A stretch of DNA of 64,000 bases from an uncultured bacterium (GTDB lineage Bacteria > Krumholzibacteriota > Krumholzibacteriia > LZORAL124-64-63): contig CAVSGO010000007.1 of NCBI GenBank assembly GCA_963727525.1, positions 1,056,001-1,120,000 of the forward strand. The letters are read 5' to 3'. The position numbers were made by a program, and so were the translations under genes. Positions 19,468-29,478 of this stretch are shown piece by piece. Within the stretch, counting starts at the first letter, position 1; each line of letters starts with the position of its first letter. Below the pieces are notes generated by a model. It was given only the letters and a program-made list of their open reading frames with translations, did not search any database and had not been told where the DNA came from.

Positions 19468-19591
19468 CCCTCGCGCCTCCGTTCGCCCAGCGTTCGACTA
19501 CTCAGTTGCAATATACCCCGGCGCGCAAAGCCGCGCCAGCCTACGGCCTTCGTTGATGTTCGGCTCTCGCGGACGGTGCTTGAGCGCCCAG

Positions 19592-20644
19592 CTAGACGGA
19601 TTGCATGAGGTGCCGGACGAAGTCGGCGCGCATCCGCGCCCGCTCGACAGGTTTTGCCGCACGGCCGGCCAGGAGTTGCAGGTGGGCCGCCTGCTGTTGC
19701 ACCAGGACGCGGTTCAGCAGGCCCAGGGGAAGCGGAGGCAGCAGATCGAGCATGATGCCCATTCTCACGTGTGAGAGGCGGTCGAAGGCCTCCTGGACCG
19801 TCATCACCCGCGCGTTGCGCAGGATGGCCAGCGAGCGATGCACCAGATCCTCCACCGCCGCTGGATCGCGCTCGTACAGCTTGATCTGGGCCATGCGCTC
19901 GAACTGCACGACCCGGGTGACGTGACGCGCGAATTCGGCCGCCAGTTCCAGCTCCGCCCGGCCCAGGGTGGCCAGGTTGCCGATCTGGAAGAGTGAACCG
20001 CGCACCGTGCTGCCCTCCCCGAAGAGCCCCCGTACCGCGAATTGGAGCTGCCGCAGCGAGTTGAGAATTTTCTCGATCTCCCCCGTGAGCACCAGGGCGG
20101 GCAGGTGGATGAGCACCGACAGGCGGCAGCCCGTGCCCACGTTGGTGGGGCAGGTGGTGAGATATCCGAACTCCTCGCTGAAGGCGAACTCGAACGCCTC
20201 CTCCAGCTCCGCGTCAAGCGCGAGGGCGTCGCGCGCGGCCGCCATCGCCTCGAAGCCGGCGCGGAACACCTGCACGCGCAGATGGTCCTCCTCGTTGACC
20301 ATCACTGCTCGCGACAGGTCGCGCGTGACCACGAGCCCGCGCCCCACCGGGTTGCGCACCAGATCGGGGCTGACGAGGTGCATCTCCAGAAGCACCTTGC
20401 GCTCGAGGGGCTCGCAAAGCTCCAGGTTGACGTCCCAGGCCTCGGCGAACGTCGGGCAGGACCGCAGGCCGCGCGCCAGCTCCCGCCCGCGACCCCGGAG
20501 CGCGCCATCATCGCAGAGGTGCCCGAAGGTCGTGCCGGCGAGATTGCGGGCCAGGCGCACGCGCGTGGAGATGACGACGTCTGATGCCTCGCCGTTTCCG
20601 TCGAGCCAGCTCGCGGGCTGCTTCCAGGCCTCGGCCGCAAACAT
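19592..20644 (-). CDS. mcsB: protein arginine kinase
   Basis: 'VISTRVRLARN', 'MVNEEDHLR', 'GYLTTCPTNVGTG', 'VRGLFGEG'. Confidence 0.92.
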   Translation of the reverse strand: MFAAEAWKQPASWLDGNGEASDVVISTRVRLARNLAGTTFGHLCDDGALRGRGRELARGLRSCPTFAEAWDVNLELCEPLERKVLLEMHLVSPDLVRNPVGRGLVVTRDLSRAVMVNEEDHLRVQVFRAGFEAMAAARDALALDAELEEAFEFAFSEEFGYLTTCPTNVGTGCRLSVLIHLPALVLTGEIEKILNSLRQLQFAVRGLFGEGSTVRGSLFQIGNLATLGRAELELAAEFARHVTRVVQFERMAQIKLYERDPAAVEDLVHRSLAILRNARVMTVQEAFDRLSHVRMGIMLDLLPPLPLGLLNRVLVQQQAAHLQLLAGRAAKPVERARMRADFVRHLMQSV

Positions 20645-20646
20645 CG

Positions 20647-21195
20647 TCAATACTCCTGCGTCCGACCGTCGTCACGATCGGCTTCGCGCTCATGGATCCG
20701 GTCGCGCAGACGCGCGGCTTCCTCGTAGTTCTCCGCCGCCACCGCAGCTTCGAGCGCGTTGCGCAGACGCGCGATCTCGAGGCGGCGCTCCGCACGCGGT
20801 CCGCGCGCGCGCGGCGCCTTGCCCAGATGGGTGGTCGCGCGATGGTACCGACGCAGGATCGGTAGCAAGTGCTCGCGGAACACGAGGTAGCACTCCGGGC
20901 ATCCCAGCAACCCGGTTTCCTGGAGCTGTTTGAAGGTGTAGCGGCAGACCGGACACGCCAGGTCGGGCGCCGGCGTTTCCTCTGCCGCGTCCTCCCCGCC
21001 GCCAGCCACCATGTCGCTGAGGAAGACCTCGAAGCCGCTCGACTTGGTCGGCGGGAGGTCATCGGCCTCGTGTCCGGGCAGATCGAGCCCCACGTCGCTT
21101 GCGCAGTCCTCGCACAGCCACTGCGAGTGCTTCACGCCGTCCTCGATATCGATGTAGTTGACCACGGCCTCGCGCTGGCCGCAACGCTCGCACAT
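20647..21195 (-). CDS. mcsA: protein-arginine kinase activator McsA
   Basis: Four CxxC motifs (CERC, CEDC, CPVC, CPEC), 'HLGKAP', C-terminal UVR 'AVAAENYEEAARLRDRI'. Confidence 0.9.
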   Translation of the reverse strand: MCERCGQREAVVNYIDIEDGVKHSQWLCEDCASDVGLDLPGHEADDLPPTKSSGFEVFLSDMVAGGGEDAAEETPAPDLACPVCRYTFKQLQETGLLGCPECYLVFREHLLPILRRYHRATTHLGKAPRARGPRAERRLEIARLRNALEAAVAAENYEEAARLRDRIHEREADRDDGRTQEY

Positions 21196-21884
21196 CAAGA
21201 CGTCACCTCCGCGAGCACGAGCCGGCCGTCGTCGAGACGCAGCACGCGGTCGGCGCGGTCGGCCAGGGAAAGATCGTGCGTCACGATGACGAGCGCCACG
21301 TGCTCGCGCTGCCGAAGCCGGAAGAGCAGGTCGCCGAGCTGGCGGCCCTTCTCGCGATCGAGATTGCCGAAGGGCTCATCCGCGAGCACGATCTGCGGCC
21401 GGTTCATGAAGGCGCGGGCCACGGCCACGCGCTGCTGCTCGCCGCCCGACAGCTCTCCCGGCAGGTGATCCATGCGCTCGCTCAGGCCGAGCGCCTCGAG
21501 CAGGTCCCGGGCACGCGCTTCGTCCTGTGACGTGGGCAGGTGGTCCATGTGCACCGGAATCAGCAGGTTCTCCAGGGCCGTGAAGTCGGGCAGCAGGAAG
21601 TGGAACTGGAAGACGAAGCCCACGGTCTGGTTGCGCCAGCGGGTCATGGTCTTCACGTCATCGGCGTGCAACACCGTATCGCGAAACCGCAGCTCGCCGC
21701 CGTCGGCGCGGTCGAGCCCACCGATGAGGTTGAGGAAGGTGCTCTTGCCGGCCCCGCTCGGCCCGATGACGGCCACGGCCTCGCCCTCGTCGAGGGTGAA
21801 GTCGATCTCGCGCAACACGGACACCGGCCCCGACGCCTTGGGATAGGTCTTCGCGAGCTGACGGGCGGTGAGTAGGCGCACCAT
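21195..21884 (-). CDS. lolD: lipoprotein-releasing ABC transporter ATP-binding protein
   Basis: 'GPSGAGKST', 'GFVFQFHFLLPDFTALEN', 'LSGGEQQRVAVARA'. Directly follows the lolC/E-like gene. Confidence 0.85.
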   Translation of the reverse strand: MVRLLTARQLAKTYPKASGPVSVLREIDFTLDEGEAVAVIGPSGAGKSTFLNLIGGLDRADGGELRFRDTVLHADDVKTMTRWRNQTVGFVFQFHFLLPDFTALENLLIPVHMDHLPTSQDEARARDLLEALGLSERMDHLPGELSGGEQQRVAVARAFMNRPQIVLADEPFGNLDREKGRQLGDLLFRLRQREHVALVIVTHDLSLADRADRVLRLDDGRLVLAEVTS

Positions 21885-21892
21885 GAAGGCTC

Positions 21893-23143
21893 CTAGGTGT
21901 AGCGGATGATCTCCATCGGGTCGAGCCGCGACGCCTCGCGGCTCGGCATGATCGTGGCCAGCAGGGTGATCGCCAGCGCGGCGCCGGCCACGATCAGGAA
22001 ATCGCTCCACTGCGCAATGCACGGCACGTGGTCGACGAAGTACACATCGGCCGGCAGCGGCAGCCCCCAGCGCATGAGGTACTGCGCCCCCAGCCAGCCC
22101 AGCAGGCTGCCCAGCAGCGTACCCAGGCCGCCCAGCCACAGGCCGTTGATCACGAAGATACCCTGGATCTGCCCACGCGACGCGCCCATCGACAGCAGGA
22201 TGCCGATCTCGCGGCGCCGCTCGCCCACCATCATCGTGAGGATGCCGATGATGTTGAATGCCGCCACCAGCACGATCATGCCCAGCAGCAGGAACATGAC
22301 CACCTTCTCCAGCTTCACCCAGCGAAAGAGGTTCTGGTTCAGGGCCATCCAGTCGACGGCGTGGAAGTCCTGCCCGAGCTTGTCCTCGAGGCGCGCCGCC
22401 ACCGTGGCCGCCGTCATCATGTCCTTCACGCGCACGCCCACGAGCCCGGCGTTCTGCGGATCGTAGCCGAAGAACTCGCGCGCCACCCTGATGTCGACGT
22501 AGGAGAAGCGGCTGTCGAATTCGTACATGCCCGACTCGAGGTAGCCGACCACCACGAAACGGCGGCTCTCGGCCTCCACGTGCGTCAGGCTGATCTCGCC
22601 GGTAGGCGCGGTGACGATGATGGTATCGCCGATGGCCGCGTAGAGCGACGTGGCCAGCTCCGAACCCAGGATGATGCGCGGCGTCTCGCCGCGCATGGTG
22701 CGCAACCGGTCGAGCACGTGCGGCCCCGGCCGGAGCTGTTCCGCGAACGGCTGCACCGTGTCGATGAGATCGGGATCGATGCCCCAGGCTATGGCGCCCC
22801 TGTTGCGCGCCGGCCCCAGCACGCGGGGCTTGGTGACGATGACCTCCTGCCGGATGTAGGGCGCGCTGCCGGTGACGTCGATGTCGTCGTCGATGGCGTG
22901 CAACGTTCCGGCGAGATCGGCGAAGCCCTCGGGCGCGCTGCTGCCGATGGTGATCATGGGCATGGTCTCGACGAACGTCCGCCGCAGCTCGGCGTGGAAG
23001 CCGTTCATGATCGCCAGCGTGAGATCCAGCACCATCACGCCCAGCACGATGCCCACCACCGCCGTCACCGACACCCGGCTCAGCAAGCGGCTGCGCCGGC
23101 GACTGCGCATGTACCTGCGCGCGATGTACAGAGCGAAACGCAT
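21893..23143 (-). CDS. lolC: lipoprotein-releasing ABC transporter permease (LolC/LolE family)
   Basis: 'IARRYMRSRR', 'AIMNGF', 'GMYEFD', 'VAAFNII', 'RREIGILLSMGA', 'LDPMEIIRY'. Confidence 0.85.
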   Translation of the reverse strand: MRFALYIARRYMRSRRRSRLLSRVSVTAVVGIVLGVMVLDLTLAIMNGFHAELRRTFVETMPMITIGSSAPEGFADLAGTLHAIDDDIDVTGSAPYIRQEVIVTKPRVLGPARNRGAIAWGIDPDLIDTVQPFAEQLRPGPHVLDRLRTMRGETPRIILGSELATSLYAAIGDTIIVTAPTGEISLTHVEAESRRFVVVGYLESGMYEFDSRFSYVDIRVAREFFGYDPQNAGLVGVRVKDMMTAATVAARLEDKLGQDFHAVDWMALNQNLFRWVKLEKVVMFLLLGMIVLVAAFNIIGILTMMVGERRREIGILLSMGASRGQIQGIFVINGLWLGGLGTLLGSLLGWLGAQYLMRWGLPLPADVYFVDHVPCIAQWSDFLIVAGAALAITLLATIMPSREASRLDPMEIIRYT

Positions 23144-24669
23144 CACTCGGCCTTGCGTTGCCATTCGGCGCTCAGGCCGGGCCGCTCCTGCCGCCCCTCG
23201 GGCCGCATGTGCGGGAAGAGCAGCACGTCGCGAATGCTGTGGCTGTCGGTGAGCAGCATGACGACGCGGTCGACGCCGATGCCCAGGCCACCGGTGGGCG
23301 GCATGCCGGTCTCGAGGGCCTGCAGGAACTCGTCGTCGAGTTGCTGGGCCTCCTCGTCGCCGGCGGCGAGCAGGCGAGCCTGGTCCTCGAAGCGGCGGCG
23401 CTGCTCGCGCGGGTCGTTCAGCTCGCTGAAGCTGTTGGCCAGCTCGAAACCGCTGGCGAATAGCTCGAAGCGTTCCACCAGACCCGGCTCGCTGCGGTGG
23501 GCCTTGGCCAGGGGCGACAGCTCCTGCGGGTGGTCCATCACGAAGGTGGGCTGGACCAGCGTGGGTTCCACGAGCAGGCTGAACATCTCGTCGAGGATCT
23601 TGTCGCGCCCCATCCCCTTCTTGAGGTCCACGCCCACCTCGCGGGCTTTCGCGGTCACCTGGGCGTCGTCGAGTGCGCGCAGGTCGGTGCCCGTCTTCTC
23701 GGCCAGGGCGTCCATGAAGCGCACGCGCGCGAAGGGCTGGCTGAAATCGAGCGCGTGCTCGCCGAAGGCGACCTTGCCGGTGTCGCCGAACTGAATGGCC
23801 AGCGTCCTCAGCAGGCGCTCGGTGAGGTCGAGCATGTCGTGGTAGTCCCGGTACGCCGCGTAGCACTCGAGCATGGTGAACTCGGGGTTGTGCGTGCGGT
23901 CCATGCCCTCGTTGCGGAAGTCCTTGCTGATCTCGTACACGCGGTCGAGTCCCCCCACGATGCAGCGCTTGAGGTAGAGCTCGTCGGCGATGCGCAGGTA
24001 CAGCGGCATGTCCAGTGCGTTGTGGTGCGTCACGAAGGGCCGCGCCGTGGCCCCGCCATAGAGCGGTTGCAGCACGGGCGTCTCCACCTCGAGGAAGTCC
24101 TCGTCGTCGAGGAAGCGGCGCATGGCCGAGATGATCCGCGAGCGCGTGCGGAAGCGCGCTCGCGACTCCTGGTTCATGGCCAGGTCGAGGTGGCGCTTGC
24201 GGCTCTTCAGCTCCAGGCTCATGTCGTGGTACTTCTCGGGCAGCGGCCGCAGCGCCTTCGCCAGGAAAACGAACGCTCGCACATGTACCGTCAGCTCGCC
24301 AGTACGCGTGACGAACAGCTCCCCCTCCACACCCAGGAAATCACCGATGTCGAGCAGCTTCTGGGCCTGCTCGAAGGCCTCGTCGCCCAGATCGTCCTTC
24401 TTAAAGTACACCTGCAGGCGCCCCCACTCGTCATCCACCGGCACGAACATGGTCTTGCCCATGCCGCGCTTGGTCATCACCCGGCCGGCGTAGCGGATGC
24501 GGGTGCCGGACGCCATGAGCGCCTCCTGCTGCGACCGCGCCTCGGCGCTGGTGTGCGAGCGGTCGAAGCGGTAGGGATAGGGTTCGGCAAGCTGTGTCAG
24601 CTTCTCCTCGCGGGTGGCGATGAGATTGCGCAGACCCTCGGGTTCGGCCGGGAGGTTCTGGTCGCTCAC
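23143..24669 (-). CDS. lysS: lysine--tRNA ligase (class II)
   Basis: 'PLPEKYH', 'EVETPVL', 'ARPFVTHHN', 'FRNEG', 'HNPEFTMLE', 'GMPPTGGLGIGVDR'. Confidence 0.96.
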   Translation of the reverse strand: MSDQNLPAEPEGLRNLIATREEKLTQLAEPYPYRFDRSHTSAEARSQQEALMASGTRIRYAGRVMTKRGMGKTMFVPVDDEWGRLQVYFKKDDLGDEAFEQAQKLLDIGDFLGVEGELFVTRTGELTVHVRAFVFLAKALRPLPEKYHDMSLELKSRKRHLDLAMNQESRARFRTRSRIISAMRRFLDDEDFLEVETPVLQPLYGGATARPFVTHHNALDMPLYLRIADELYLKRCIVGGLDRVYEISKDFRNEGMDRTHNPEFTMLECYAAYRDYHDMLDLTERLLRTLAIQFGDTGKVAFGEHALDFSQPFARVRFMDALAEKTGTDLRALDDAQVTAKAREVGVDLKKGMGRDKILDEMFSLLVEPTLVQPTFVMDHPQELSPLAKAHRSEPGLVERFELFASGFELANSFSELNDPREQRRRFEDQARLLAAGDEEAQQLDDEFLQALETGMPPTGGLGIGVDRVVMLLTDSHSIRDVLLFPHMRPEGRQERPGLSAEWQRKAE

Positions 24670-25788
24670 GAGTCGCTCCTCTGACGCACGCCCTCGCCGC
24701 TCTTGGAGCGCAGGTACGCGTCGATGAAACCGTCGATCTCGCCGTCGAGGACGGCCTGCGTGTTGCCCGTCTCCCACTCGGTGCGCACGTCCTTGACCTT
24801 GGTGTACGGCTGTAGCACGTAGTTGCGGATCTGGCTGCCCCAGGCGATCTCCATCTTGGCGTCCTCGGCCGCCTGTCGCCCCTTCATGCGCTCCTCGAGG
24901 GCGCGCATGTAGAGCTTGGTGCGCAGCATGGTCATGGCCATTTCACGGTTGCGGTGCTGGCTGCGCTCCTGCTGACACGACACCACGATGCCCGTGGGCT
25001 CGTGGACGATGCGGATGGCCGAGTCGGTCTTGTTGACGTGCTGTCCGCCGGCGCCCTGGGCCCGGAAAGTGTCGACGCGCAGGTCGGCCGGATTGATCTC
25101 CACCTCCACGTCGTCCTGCACGAGCGGGAACACGAAGACGCTGGCGAACGACGTATGCCGCCGCTTCTGCGCGTCGTACGGCGAGATGCGCACCAGCCGG
25201 TGCACGCCGGTCTCGCTCTTGAGATATCCGTAGGCGAAAGCGTCCTCGATCTCCAGCGTGACGCTCTTGATGCCCGCCTCCTCGCCCGGCTGCAGGTCCA
25301 TCACGGTGAACTTCATCTCGTGGCGCTCGAGATATCGGGTGTACATGCGCAGCAGCATCTCGGCCCAGTCCTGGCTTTCCACCCCGCCGGCACCTGGGTG
25401 GATCTCCAGGATCGCACCACGGCCATCCTCGGGACCGTTGAGCAGGAACTGGAAATCGAGCTGCGCGACGAGTTCCTCGAGCCTGGTGACGCCCGCCTTG
25501 ACGTCGGCCGCGGTGGCCTCGTCCTCCTCCTCGTCGGCAAGCTGACCCAGGACATCGAGGTCTTCGGCCTTGGCCTCGGCCGCCGCGATGGGATCGAGCC
25601 AGCCGTTCAGCAGCCGCAGCTGGCGCAGCACGCCGCCGGCCTTGTCGCGGTCGGACCAGAACTCGGGATCGGACTGCTTGGCCTCGAGTTGTGCGTGCTC
25701 GGCCACCAGGGAGGGATAGTCAAAGACCCTCCTTGAGCTCGCCGAGCCGCTCCTTGAGGGCGGCCAGCCTGTCAAGCGCTTCCTTCAT
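24666..25788 (-). CDS. prfB: peptide chain release factor 2 with programmed +1 frameshift after codon 22
   Basis: ATG 25788 gives MKEALDRLAALKERLGELKEGL, then CTT TGA C (25725-25719) with internal SD AGGAGG upstream. The +1 frame carries 'SPY', 'RRHTSF' and 'GAGGQHVN'. Confidence 0.95.
25719..25733 (-). promoter_or_regulatory. prfB frameshift cassette (SD plus CTT-TGA-C slippery site)
   Basis: Minus strand AGGAGGGTCTTTGAC. Confidence 0.92.
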
Positions 25789-26357
25789 GACGTCCCTCCC
25801 AGGACCCGGGCGGCGTCGGCCAGCACGGCGACGTCACCCTCGTTGTGGATGATGAGATCGGCCCGGGACCACGTGGGTTCCAGATGGGCCTGCGCGGCAA
25901 TGCGGGCCCGGGCTTGTCCCGGCGCCAGTCCCGCGGCCAGGAGCCGCTGCTCCCGGATCGCGGCGCTCGCGACCACCGCCACCACCCGATCCACGGGCGG
26001 CGGCCCGGGAAGCAGAAAATACACTGCCGCCTCCAGGATGACCAGCCGCGCCTTCGCTTTGTCGAGCCGGGCGCAGAGAGCGGCTGCGAGCGGCGGGTGC
26101 GTGATGGCGTCGAGGCGCGCACGGGCCTCGGTCGCGGCGAAGACACGCGGACCGAGGATCTTGCGATCGATGCGGCCGTCGGTGCCGAGGATGTCGGCGC
26201 CGAAGGCGGCGACGACCTGGGCCGTCACCGCAGGCAGCTCGAGGACCTCGTGACCCACGCGATCGGCCTCGATGACCTCGGCTCCGCGCTCGGCCAGCAA
26301 CGCGCACAGCCGGCTCTTGCCTGATGCCGTGGGTCCGACAATGGCGAGGCGTGTCAT
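25785..26357 (-). CDS. coaE: dephospho-CoA kinase
   Basis: 'GPTASGKS', 'ADRVGH', 'IDRKILG..VF', 'LDAITHP', 'ARIAAQ', 'ADLIIHNEG'. Confidence 0.9.
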   Translation of the reverse strand: MTRLAIVGPTASGKSRLCALLAERGAEVIEADRVGHEVLELPAVTAQVVAAFGADILGTDGRIDRKILGPRVFAATEARARLDAITHPPLAAALCARLDKAKARLVILEAAVYFLLPGPPPVDRVVAVVASAAIREQRLLAAGLAPGQARARIAAQAHLEPTWSRADLIIHNEGDVAVLADAARVLGGTS

Positions 26358-26604
26358 GAGGGCCTCCGTGCGCACGGGCGCGTGTCAACTGCGGGCGACA
26401 GTTTCGCACTGGCGAGAGGAAATGGGAAGGGACGATACGTCGAGGACCCGCCGCTAGCCTGGCGATGGCAACAGTCGACCGGGTTCGGCGCACGGATGAT
26501 CGCGCCCGACTTGGCAATCGCGCTTCTGCTCGCCCAGAGGTGACCAGCGATCAATGGCGCCGGCGCCATTGTGGATATTATTTTATTACAATGACTTACG
26601 TTAT

Positions 26605-29442
26605 CTATCCGTGCGCCTCGGCCCAGTTCGCCCCCGTGTGCACGTCGACGACGAGCGGCACGGTCAGCTCCAGCGCGTGGCTCATCGCGTCCACCACCAG
26701 CGCCGTCACGTCCTCGATCTCCTTCTCCGGCAGCTCGAGCACCAGCTCGTCGTGCACCTGCAACAGCATCAGCGCGGGCGACCTTGCCATCGTCAGCGTC
26801 GCGTCGAGGCGCAGCATCGCCAGCTTGATCAGATCCGCCGCGGTGCCCTGGATCGGGGTGTTGACGGCGATGCGTTCCTGGAAGCTGCGGAGGCGGTGGT
26901 TGTCGGAGTGGATGTCGGGCAGGAGGCGGCGGCGGCCGAGCATGGTCTCGACGTAGCCGTCGCGGCGGGCTTGCTCCTGGGTGTGCTTGATGAACGTCTG
27001 CACGCCGGGGTAGGTGGCGAAGTAGGCGTCGATGAAGTCTTTCGCCTCGCTGGTGCTGACGTGGATCTGGCGGGCGAGCGACCTCGCCCCCATGCCGTAG
27101 ATGACGCCGAAGTTGATGGCCTTGGCGCGGGAGCGCATCTCGGGAGTCACGTCGTCCTCGGCGACCTTTGCCACCAGGGCCGCCGTGCGACGATGCACGT
27201 CCACGCCGTCCTCGAAGGCGCCGCGCAGCGCCTCGTCGCCCGTCAGGTGGGCGAGCAACCGCAATTCGACCTGGCTGTAGTCGGCGGAGAGGAACACGTG
27301 GCCCTTCGCGCGCGGAATGAAGGCGCGGCGGATCTGGCGGCCCAGCGCCGTGCGGATGGGGATGTTCTGCAGGTTGGGGTCGCTCGACGACAGGCGACCG
27401 GTCGCGGCCACGGCCTGGTTGTAGCTCGTGTGGATGAGATCCGTGCCTGGAGCGGCGAGCTGGGGCAGCATCTCGACATAGGTGCTCTGCAGCTTGGCGA
27501 TCTGGCGGTGCTCGAGAATGAGTGCAGGCAGTGCGTGGTCGTCGGCGAGCTGGGTGAGCACCGAAACGTCGGTGCTCCAGCCGGTGCTCGTTTTCTTGAT
27601 GGGTTTGAGACCCAGCTTGTCGAAGAGGATGTGGGCGAGTTGCTGGGGGCTCTGGACGTTGAAGTCCTCGCCGGCGGCAGCGTGGATGCGCTGTTCGAGG
27701 TCGGTGAGTTCGGCGGCGAAGGTGTCGCGCAGCTCCGCCATGAAGGCTCGGTCGAGCTTGATGCCGTTCTGCTCCATGCGCAGGAGGACCTGCGAGAGGG
27801 GCAGCTCGATATCGGTCAGCAACTTCGCCAGGCCCTGGTCCTCCACCATGGGCGCGAGGACCTCGTAGAGGCGCAGGGTCACGTCGGCGTCCTCGGCGGC
27901 ATATTCAGCCAGGCGCGGCAAAGGGACGCTGAGAATGTCCTTGCGGCGGTCGCCGCGGCTGAAGAGTTCGTCGTACGGGATGGGGCGCTCCCGCAGGAAG
28001 ACGGCGGCCAGTTCGTCCATGCCGTGGCTGCGGCGGCCGGGGTCGAGCACGTAGCTGGCGAGCATGGTGTCGTAGCGCGGACCGGCCAGGGGCAATTCGT
28101 GACGGCCGAGGATCCACTCGTCGAACTTCAGGTTCTGGCCCACTTTCAGGCGCTTCGCCTCCGCGAGCAGGGGCGCGAGGAGCTTGCGCACCTCGGACAG
28201 GCGGTTCACCTCGTGGCCGGTGGCGAAGAGATTGCCGCTCTCGCCGTCGGCGGACTCGGCGTCGCCGCCCACACGGGTGAGCACGGGGACGTAGGCGGCG
28301 GGTCGGCCAATGGCCGCCAGGCTGATGCCCACGAGGCGGGCGCGGTCAGGCTGCAGGGCGTCGGTCTCGGTGTCGACGGCAAGGGGCACGTCGGCGGGCA
28401 GCATCGCGATCCAGTCGCGCAGGGCCGTGTCCGTGTCGAGCAGGACGTAGCCGCGCCGCTGGAGACTTGCCCGGTCGTCGGCAGGCGCGGCCTCGCTCTC
28501 GCCGACGGCAGGCTCCGCCTCCGGTGCCGGCGCCGGTGCCGGTTTTTCGACCGCGTCCTCCGGCAGCTCGCGCGCGAGTCTGGTCGCCCACTTCTGCACG
28601 CGTTGCAGGCCGAGCCGGTCGAGCAGGCGCGTAGCGGCCGTACTGGTGGGCAGGACGGGCTGGAACGCGTCCCAGGCGATCTCCAGGGGCACGTCACGAT
28701 CGATGGTGAAGAGCTGGCGCGAGAGGAACACCTGTTCGCGGTTCTCGGTGAGGACACGTTTGAGGCGTGGCGTGAGCTTGCTCGTCTCGAGCTGCGCGTA
28801 GAGGTTCTCGAGGGTGCCGAAGTCGTGGATGAGCTTGAGGGCCGTCTTGTCGCCCACGCCGGGGGCGCCGGGAATGTTGTCGCTCTTGTCGCCGGAGAGG
28901 GCAAAGACATCGATGAGGCCCTCGGGCGTGACGCCAAACTCCTTCTCGAGCGTGGCGAGGGTGGCCTCGGTGATGTCGTCGCCGCGGCGACCGGGGCGCA
29001 GCAGGCCGGTTCGCTCGTCGACGAGCTGCCAGAAGTCCTTGTCGCCGGTGTAGTGCCAGGCCTGATCGGTGACGTCGCGCGAGCGCACGCCGAGGGTGGC
29101 CATGATGTCGTCGGCCTCGTAGCCCCCCTTTTCGAGCACCGGTACGCCCCAGGCGTCGAGCAACTCGCGCAGGCGCGGCAACTGCTCGGCGAGGTCGTCG
29201 GGCATGGGCTTGCGGGTGGCCTTGTACGCGGCGTAGAGGGCATGCCGGAACGTGGGTTCGCGGCGGTCGAAGACGACGGCCAGATGCGACGGGCGGTAAT
29301 CCTCGATGAGCTTCAGCAACGCGTTGCTGAAGCCGAAGGCCACCGACGTCACCTCGCCCGAGGGCGCGGTGAGGGGCCGGTTGATGAAGGCGAAGTGGGC
29401 GCGGTAGACGAGGGCGGAGCCGTCGACGAGGATCAGGCTCAT
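26605..29442 (-). CDS. polA: DNA polymerase I
   Basis: 5'-3' exonuclease 'LVDGSALVYRA' and 'GDKSDNIPG', 3'-5' exonuclease 'VDTET', polymerase 'TGRLSSSDPNLQNIP', 'ADYSQVELR', 'AKAINFG', 'QVHDEL'. Confidence 0.97.
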   Translation of the reverse strand: MSLILVDGSALVYRAHFAFINRPLTAPSGEVTSVAFGFSNALLKLIEDYRPSHLAVVFDRREPTFRHALYAAYKATRKPMPDDLAEQLPRLRELLDAWGVPVLEKGGYEADDIMATLGVRSRDVTDQAWHYTGDKDFWQLVDERTGLLRPGRRGDDITEATLATLEKEFGVTPEGLIDVFALSGDKSDNIPGAPGVGDKTALKLIHDFGTLENLYAQLETSKLTPRLKRVLTENREQVFLSRQLFTIDRDVPLEIAWDAFQPVLPTSTAATRLLDRLGLQRVQKWATRLARELPEDAVEKPAPAPAPEAEPAVGESEAAPADDRASLQRRGYVLLDTDTALRDWIAMLPADVPLAVDTETDALQPDRARLVGISLAAIGRPAAYVPVLTRVGGDAESADGESGNLFATGHEVNRLSEVRKLLAPLLAEAKRLKVGQNLKFDEWILGRHELPLAGPRYDTMLASYVLDPGRRSHGMDELAAVFLRERPIPYDELFSRGDRRKDILSVPLPRLAEYAAEDADVTLRLYEVLAPMVEDQGLAKLLTDIELPLSQVLLRMEQNGIKLDRAFMAELRDTFAAELTDLEQRIHAAAGEDFNVQSPQQLAHILFDKLGLKPIKKTSTGWSTDVSVLTQLADDHALPALILEHRQIAKLQSTYVEMLPQLAAPGTDLIHTSYNQAVAATGRLSSSDPNLQNIPIRTALGRQIRRAFIPRAKGHVFLSADYSQVELRLLAHLTGDEALRGAFEDGVDVHRRTAALVAKVAEDDVTPEMRSRAKAINFGVIYGMGARSLARQIHVSTSEAKDFIDAYFATYPGVQTFIKHTQEQARRDGYVETMLGRRRLLPDIHSDNHRLRSFQERIAVNTPIQGTAADLIKLAMLRLDATLTMARSPALMLLQVHDELVLELPEKEIEDVTALVVDAMSHALELTVPLVVDVHTGANWAEAHG

Positions 29443-29478
29443 GGGCAAGTCACTTTCGTCACGTGGTCAAGACGTCGG

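Noticed and set aside
26579-26606. dif site call
   Set aside because: Only a partial XerD-arm resemblance and no convincing XerC arm, so it is not called as a feature.
26465-26956. Plus-strand ORF spanning the coaE-polA gap
   Set aside because: Mostly antisense to polA, with no RBS or recognisable domain.
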